This document shows, piece after piece, positions 56,064-61,032 of a stretch of 61,032 bases of DNA (positions within the stretch are counted from its first letter, which is position 1; every line of letters begins with the position of its first letter). The notes under the pieces were generated by a model. It worked only from the letters and a program-made list of their open reading frames with translations. It was not told the origin of the DNA and did no database searches. Position numbers and translations under genes: made by a program. The stretch comes from an uncultured virus (IMG/VR IMGVR_UViG_3300033075_001676) (taxonomy: Duplodnaviria > Heunggongvirae > Uroviricota > Caudoviricetes), in IMG/VR virus record IMGVR_UViG_3300033075_001676; one strand, 5' to 3'.

Positions 56064-57807
56064 CGTTATTAGGTGTTCCGTCTAAGACTATACTTTGAGC
56101 TTCCCCACTAGTAGCTGCAATTTCATCATTTGGTTGGCCTCTATAGCCTATCTCCACAACTCCACCTATATTAGTTGGAGAGGTATCTTGATCAACTGTT
56201 AGATCTATACTCTTACTAAAGCTAAGATTATTAATTGAGAACTCTGATGCTTTAGTAGATTTCAAAGTTATTTTTTTAGTGCCTGAAGCTGACCTTGGAA
56301 TTCCATCTAAATTAGTGGCATTTAAATAAGTCCTATTGGCATAATTATTTAAAGTATCATCAGTTATAAGTACGTTTACAAAACCATCTAGCCATTTCCC
56401 GCTACTAACCATATTAGTAAAAGTTAAGACATTAGAGGTAGCTGTAGCAGTAAAAGAACCTAAGGTACTTGATGCAGTAAAAGTATAGGTACCTGATGCT
56501 GGAGCAAATAGGACATGTAGTTCACCTTTTCCATTGGTTAAATAGCTTGCACCAGTAGCTGTAGATGTAGCAGCTAAAACTGAAGCTGTAGGAGTGTAAC
56601 CAATTGTAAGCGGATAGTTTGGTAAAGGCAATCCATTATCTCCATAAGCATACAAACTCATATGAAGATATTCATTCCAGTCTCCACATACTTCAGTTTT
56701 ATCTAAATAAACTTTTAAACTACTAGGAGTCCAATAGTTTGTAATTCCTGAGAGTGGGTTAGAGTGGAATAAGAAACCAGACCTAAAACTATCTGAGTAT
56801 AGAGGATTAAAGTTTAGATTTTGGACAATTGGTAAAGCTAAAGTTGCTTCAGGAATTAACTCAGGTAGACTTGTTTCATGGTTAATTATGAAATTATCTC
56901 CAGAAGATGGAGAGGTTACATAGTATTGAAGATTTCTGTGATCCTTAAGAATATAAGATTTAGTAATATAATATTCTAAGCCTACCCAATCTCCAACAAC
57001 CACACCAGTCAAAGCATGAGTAAAGTATGTTCCACCAGTTACTTTACCAGTATATGAAGTAGTTTGATTACCCTTAAATACTGTAATTTGTTCTATATTT
57101 CTATAACTAGCCTTAACTCCACTAACACTTTGAGTTACTACTTCTCGCATTTTTAGTTGCGGACTATAATAAACAATATCAGCCCAACAACTGGGAGCAA
57201 GATTTATTTTAGGTTTTACCCAAACCCTATTATTTGTATAATCATAATAATAAAGTTTCTCTGAAAGTAGTTGCCCAGTAGATGCTACTGAACCCATAGC
57301 AAGATTAGTTAAATCTCGCATGCCAATGAGAACTGAGCTAGAAGGTAAAGCTGCTGTATAAAGATTCCCAGAACTAACCCATGAAAGACTTATTCCTGGC
57401 CAAAAGGCATTATTATGTAAGACATAAGGCTCATAGTTTTGAGTAGATCCAGAGCTAACATAGCTATTAACCAATACTGGGCCCCAGGCTGGTCTCCAGG
57501 AGACTGAATTAGTTATGGTACCAGATACTGCATTAGATACTGTAAAGCCTGGCTGAGCAGCAAGTACAGTACCAGAAGTAGCAGCAATAGAAGCTACGCC
57601 TTTGTAGATATAATTGTACTGCTCTATATTGTCATGATAAAACCATCCAGAGTTAACAAAGCCAATCCATTTACCTCCATCCCCAACTCCTAGAGAAAAC
57701 CTAAGATCATTCTGATCTCCAACTCCAGGAGCAGGATAAGTAATATTTTCTAACCAATTAGGTAATAGATTTTTTAACCATTGCGGCCATTGATTTTTTT
57801 CAAGCAT
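56056..57807 (-). CDS. Putative virion protein with Ig-like segment
   Basis: VNSGWFY; YGDNGLPLPN...TNGKGE Ig-like signature; many S/T-G patches. Confidence 0.55.
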   Translation of the reverse strand: MLEKNQWPQWLKNLLPNWLENITYPAPGVGDQNDLRFSLGVGDGGKWIGFVNSGWFYHDNIEQYNYIYKGVASIAATSGTVLAAQPGFTVSNAVSGTITNSVSWRPAWGPVLVNSYVSSGSTQNYEPYVLHNNAFWPGISLSWVSSGNLYTAALPSSSVLIGMRDLTNLAMGSVASTGQLLSEKLYYYDYTNNRVWVKPKINLAPSCWADIVYYSPQLKMREVVTQSVSGVKASYRNIEQITVFKGNQTTSYTGKVTGGTYFTHALTGVVVGDWVGLEYYITKSYILKDHRNLQYYVTSPSSGDNFIINHETSLPELIPEATLALPIVQNLNFNPLYSDSFRSGFLFHSNPLSGITNYWTPSSLKVYLDKTEVCGDWNEYLHMSLYAYGDNGLPLPNYPLTIGYTPTASVLAATSTATGASYLTNGKGELHVLFAPASGTYTFTASSTLGSFTATATSNVLTFTNMVSSGKWLDGFVNVLITDDTLNNYANRTYLNATNLDGIPRSASGTKKITLKSTKASEFSINNLSFSKSIDLTVDQDTSPTNIGGVVEIGYRGQPNDEIAATSGEAQSIVLDGTPNNDV

Positions 57808-57809
57808 TA

Positions 57810-59105
57810 TTATCCTTCAAAGATGGCACTTTCTCCAACCTGTTCAGCACCTACATTCCATTTAGGGCTTCTAATCTTATCAGTTTTGTTTATAATCTTT
57901 ACATTTTTAGTAGTAAAGACTAAGAAATTTTCTCTAAGCTCAGTTTGGTTAGCTGTAACTTGACCTGAACTATTTAGAGTTTTAGTATATGTTTTTATTC
58001 TATAATTAGCTTCTAGAACATTTTCATTGCTATTTAACAAGCTACTAGTCAAAGGAGTTATAACATTTCCAGTAACACTATATGCTTCTGAAGGTAATAC
58101 TCTCCCATTAAGAATTAGGGTTAATGAAGAAGCTACTGCTGAAGTTAGTAAAAATTGATTGTTATACTTTATAGGATTCTCTTTAACATTGAGGTACTCA
58201 GGTAACTCAGGCAATTGAATAGTATAGAACCCTGAAGAGTTTAAGTTTAAACTAGTAGTGGTATCCCAATAATAGATAGCTCCTTTACCTAACGCTGATG
58301 CTATTCTTTCTTGAGGCTTATTTGCTAGGCTTTGGTATTGACATCTTGCTTTAAGCTTAAGATTAGATTCTCTTTTGTTTCTATTGAGTTGAAATAGATT
58401 AGCATAAGAATCCCAATCATTAGGGTAGTTAATAGGAATTAAGCTAACTCTCTCTGAATTAACAAGAACGTAGCTAGTATCAGCTAATAGCTTAAGATAT
58501 CTATCTTGACATTCATAGTTAATCAAATACTCAACTTGATCATCTCCAGTGTAGATTTGATTTGATTGAGCTAATATATCATCTTGATCAAGGCGGACTC
58601 TATCTCCTAGAGAATTTTCAATAAGAATATAAGAATCCTCTACAATGCCAGATGCTACTGCAGTAGCTAAACTTACATAGGCAGATGCAGAATAGGCCAA
58701 GTATGTGTGGTTAGCTATATTTTTAAGGTAAATACTGCCAGAGTCTAGATAATAAACTGGATCTTTATCTTCAGCCAAAAAGGACCCAAAACTATCTTTT
58801 TGAGTTACTCCAATTTCTACTCCAGAATGATTAACTACAATATCATTGGCTAAAATATTTTTTGGTTTATATTTAGCTACAAAACAAAGTCTATTACTAG
58901 AAGTTAAACCATAGAATTTAGGAACTAAACTTCTAGTTTTTTCAAATAATTCTTCCCTCTGGGAGACTAAGGCTAAATAGTGAAACTGTCTATAAAATCC
59001 ATTAGTATAGTAAGGCTCCATCCAACGAGGAAGCCATTCCATCGTATTAATACGCTGGAACTGAGTAGAATAGGATGGAGCCAACTCAGTAGAACTAATA
59101 GCCAA
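57810..59105 (-). CDS. Putative baseplate/virion protein
   Basis: WLPRWM, WDSYANLFQLNRNKRESNLKLKAR resembling baseplate wedge motifs; TTG start. Confidence 0.5.
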   Translation of the reverse strand: MAISSTELAPSYSTQFQRINTMEWLPRWMEPYYTNGFYRQFHYLALVSQREELFEKTRSLVPKFYGLTSSNRLCFVAKYKPKNILANDIVVNHSGVEIGVTQKDSFGSFLAEDKDPVYYLDSGSIYLKNIANHTYLAYSASAYVSLATAVASGIVEDSYILIENSLGDRVRLDQDDILAQSNQIYTGDDQVEYLINYECQDRYLKLLADTSYVLVNSERVSLIPINYPNDWDSYANLFQLNRNKRESNLKLKARCQYQSLANKPQERIASALGKGAIYYWDTTTSLNLNSSGFYTIQLPELPEYLNVKENPIKYNNQFLLTSAVASSLTLILNGRVLPSEAYSVTGNVITPLTSSLLNSNENVLEANYRIKTYTKTLNSSGQVTANQTELRENFLVFTTKNVKIINKTDKIRSPKWNVGAEQVGESAIFEG

Positions 59106-59141
59106 ATTGTTTATTACCTAAGAGGAATTATCCAAATAGAG

Positions 59142-59163
59142 GCGGCCTCCAATTGGAGGCCGC
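59142..59163. terminator. Perfect 22-bp GC-rich palindrome (terminator or binding site)
   Basis: GCGGCCTCCAATTGGAGGCCGC in an intergenic gap; minus strand followed by CTCTATTT. Confidence 0.6.
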
Positions 59164-59188
59164 GAGGAGAGTAGGAGGTACTTAAATT

Positions 59189-59587
59189 TTATTTAGCAAG
59201 TTGATCAAAGAAGTCTGCAAGTTTTCTAACCACACTCTTAGGAGTAACAGAATCACAACCACAGTCTTGAGATTTCGGAGCAGGAGGCATTGGATCTTGA
59301 TCCATCAAGGGCTCTGGCTCCGGTGGCATTGGAGGATTACAGTTTCTAGAGTAAGAAACACTCTCTTCTTTAATATACTTAACACTAAAAGGTTTTCGAT
59401 CTATTGTAAGCTCTACTGGAATAAAACTAAAAGTCAAAGTCACCGGTGCCGTATTAATGTTGGCATGTAAACAATCTACAGGATGAAATTGAACTTCATC
59501 AAGTTCTACATTCTCAATTCTATTGCCTTCAAGATCTGCAAGATAAGTTCCACCAGAAGTTCCATCACTAACTAATTTAATATTCAT
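59189..59587 (-). CDS. Hypothetical protein, Pro-rich C-terminal half
   Basis: TAATG-coupled to groEL. Confidence 0.55.
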   Translation of the reverse strand: MNIKLVSDGTSGGTYLADLEGNRIENVELDEVQFHPVDCLHANINTAPVTLTFSFIPVELTIDRKPFSVKYIKEESVSYSRNCNPPMPPEPEPLMDQDPMPPAPKSQDCGCDSVTPKSVVRKLADFFDQLAK

Positions 59588-61032
59588 TAATATCCAGCTC
59601 CTTGAGGTTCTTTATCAGATGCATCAACAATAAGGGTCTCAGTGGTCAACACTAAGATTGCAATAGAAGCAGCATTTTCAATTGCTGATTTGGTAACCTT
59701 AGCTGGATCAATAATTCCAGCTTTAATAAGATCAACCCACTGACCTTCTCTGGAGTCAAAGCCATTCATAATAGATCCTTTATGGGAAGCCATAGACTGG
59801 AGAACCTTATCTAGAATAGTCTGGCCATTATACCCTGCGTTTTCTGCAATAGTTTTTAGAGGGGCCATTAATGCTTTGGCAACAATATCATAGCCAGCCA
59901 AAACATCAGGGCTTAAATCTTTTCTAGAGGACTTTTTACTAAGTTCTAAAGATGCACCTACTAGAGTATTTCCAGCTCCAGGTACAATACCTAACTCTAA
60001 AGCAGCTTTAGTAGCAGAGATAGCATCTTCAAATCTAAACTTCTTTTCACCAAGTTCAGCTTCGGTACCAGCTCCAATCTTAATAATAGCAATTCCACTA
60101 GAAAGCTTAGCAATTCGCTCAGTCAACTTCTCAGAATCATATTTAGAGTCTGACTCTGCTAACATTTGCCTAAGATTAGCTAGGTGCTCTTCAAGTTTAG
60201 TAGGGTCACCCTGAGCATCTACAATAGTTGTAGACTCAGAGTCTACAATTACTTTTCGAGCTTCTCCAAAGTCTGAGAACTTGACATTCTCAATTTTATA
60301 CTTAAGATCTTCCGTAAAGTACTTAGCTCCAGTAGCAATAGCAATATCCTGCATGAAGCCTTTCTTTCTTTCTCCAAACCCTGGAGCTTTAACTGCTACA
60401 GCTTGCACCCTATTGTTAGCAGTATTAATAACTGCAGTAGCAAGAGCTTCCCCATCCATATCATCACAGATAATAAGAATAGGTTGATTCTTACCAGCTG
60501 CTGCTTCTAGGGTAGGAATAATTTCTCCAGCAGTGGCAATTCTGCCCTCCCAAACTAGAATTTTACAGTGTTCATACTCAACCTTACTTTTGTTAGCAGG
60601 TGCAAAGTATGGGCTAATATAGCCTCGATCAAAAGTAAGACCTTCGGTAACATCTAAAACAGTCTTTGAAGTTTTCCCCTCTTCAAAGGTAACAACTCCA
60701 TTTTCACCAACTGCAGTAAAAGCTTCTGCAACAAGCTTGCCAACTTCTGCATCTGATCCAGAGATGGTGGCAACAAACTCAATCATATCTGAGTCCTTAT
60801 GACTTACAGCTTGTTTATTGTTGAGAATATATTCTACAACTTTATCAACTGCAAGCTCCATACCTTTCTTAACAGCTACTGGATTTCCACCAGTTGCCAC
60901 ATACTTTAAACCTTCACTTACTAATGCCTGAGCAAGTACAATTGAAGTACTTGTTCCATCTCCAGCTGAATCATTGGTTCGGGCTGCAACCTGTTTTACA
61001 AGTTGAGCTGCTTCATTCTCAAACTGATCTTC
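59587..61032 (-). CDS. groEL: GroEL chaperonin (5' end outside window)
   Basis: Frame open to the window edge: TNDSAGDGTST, EGLTFDRGYISPYF, VKAPGFGERKK, GIVPGAG, GIIDPAKV. Confidence 0.96.
   Translation of the reverse strand, partial: EDQFENEAAQLVKQVAARTNDSAGDGTSTSIVLAQALVSEGLKYVATGGNPVAVKKGMELAVDKVVEYILNNKQAVSHKDSDMIEFVATISGSDAEVGKLVAEAFTAVGENGVVTFEEGKTSKTVLDVTEGLTFDRGYISPYFAPANKSKVEYEHCKILVWEGRIATAGEIIPTLEAAAGKNQPILIICDDMDGEALATAVINTANNRVQAVAVKAPGFGERKKGFMQDIAIATGAKYFTEDLKYKIENVKFSDFGEARKVIVDSESTTIVDAQGDPTKLEEHLANLRQMLAESDSKYDSEKLTERIAKLSSGIAIIKIGAGTEAELGEKKFRFEDAISATKAALELGIVPGAGNTLVGASLELSKKSSRKDLSPDVLAGYDIVAKALMAPLKTIAENAGYNGQTILDKVLQSMASHKGSIMNGFDSREGQWVDLIKAGIIDPAKVTKSAIENAASIAILVLTTETLIVDASDKEPQGAGY

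Noticed and set aside
3420..60487. Antisense or nested ORFs in the track (e.g. 3420-3671, 5457-5804, 6408-6752, 18555-18956, 34584-34874, 42798-43097, 59201-59470, 60281-60487)
   Set aside because: They lie within well-supported genes, lack motifs and are typical shadow ORFs
1..61032. Stop-codon reassignment (TAG or TGA), as seen in some jumbo phages
   Set aside because: Conserved enzymes are full length under code 11, and TGA stops are used in ATGA overlaps
1..61032. tRNA, rRNA, CRISPR arrays or long ncRNA
   Set aside because: Intergenic gaps are only about 135 nt or less, and show no cloverleaf or repeat-spacer pattern by eye

Overview
AT-rich, densely coding 61-kb segment of a large (probably jumbo) tailed dsDNA phage. 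It uses the standard genetic code, and no tRNA, rRNA or CRISPR array was seen. 1-12.3 kb (+): small accessory ORFs and a recombination/nucleotide module (RecA, SSB, HIRAN, Rad52/Sak, class II RNR, GIY-YIG endonuclease, vWA, dUTPase, UvrD). 12.8-23.5 kb: tail-fibre-like genes and a GH5 glycoside hydrolase. 23.6-27.9 kb (-): a sigma-like protein, a Ycf45/SpoIIIAA-like ATPase and an amidase endolysin. 28.0-38.6 kb (-): a contiguous 14-ORF sugar activation/modification/glycosyltransferase operon, including an intein-bearing DegT aminotransferase. 38.6-41.9 kb (-): a degenerate TMP kinase, a RemA/DUF370 protein with an AT-hook, and a tandem two-domain GroES. 42-59 kb (-): large virion/baseplate-like paralogues. 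GroEL is cut by the right edge. The leading candidate for an undescribed system is a virion glycosylation module: an exporter-less glycan operon headed by a RemA-like regulator, together with virion proteins (even the GH5 domain) studded with short Ser/Ala/Thr/Gly patches. All functional calls are from motif recognition by eye; no searches were run.
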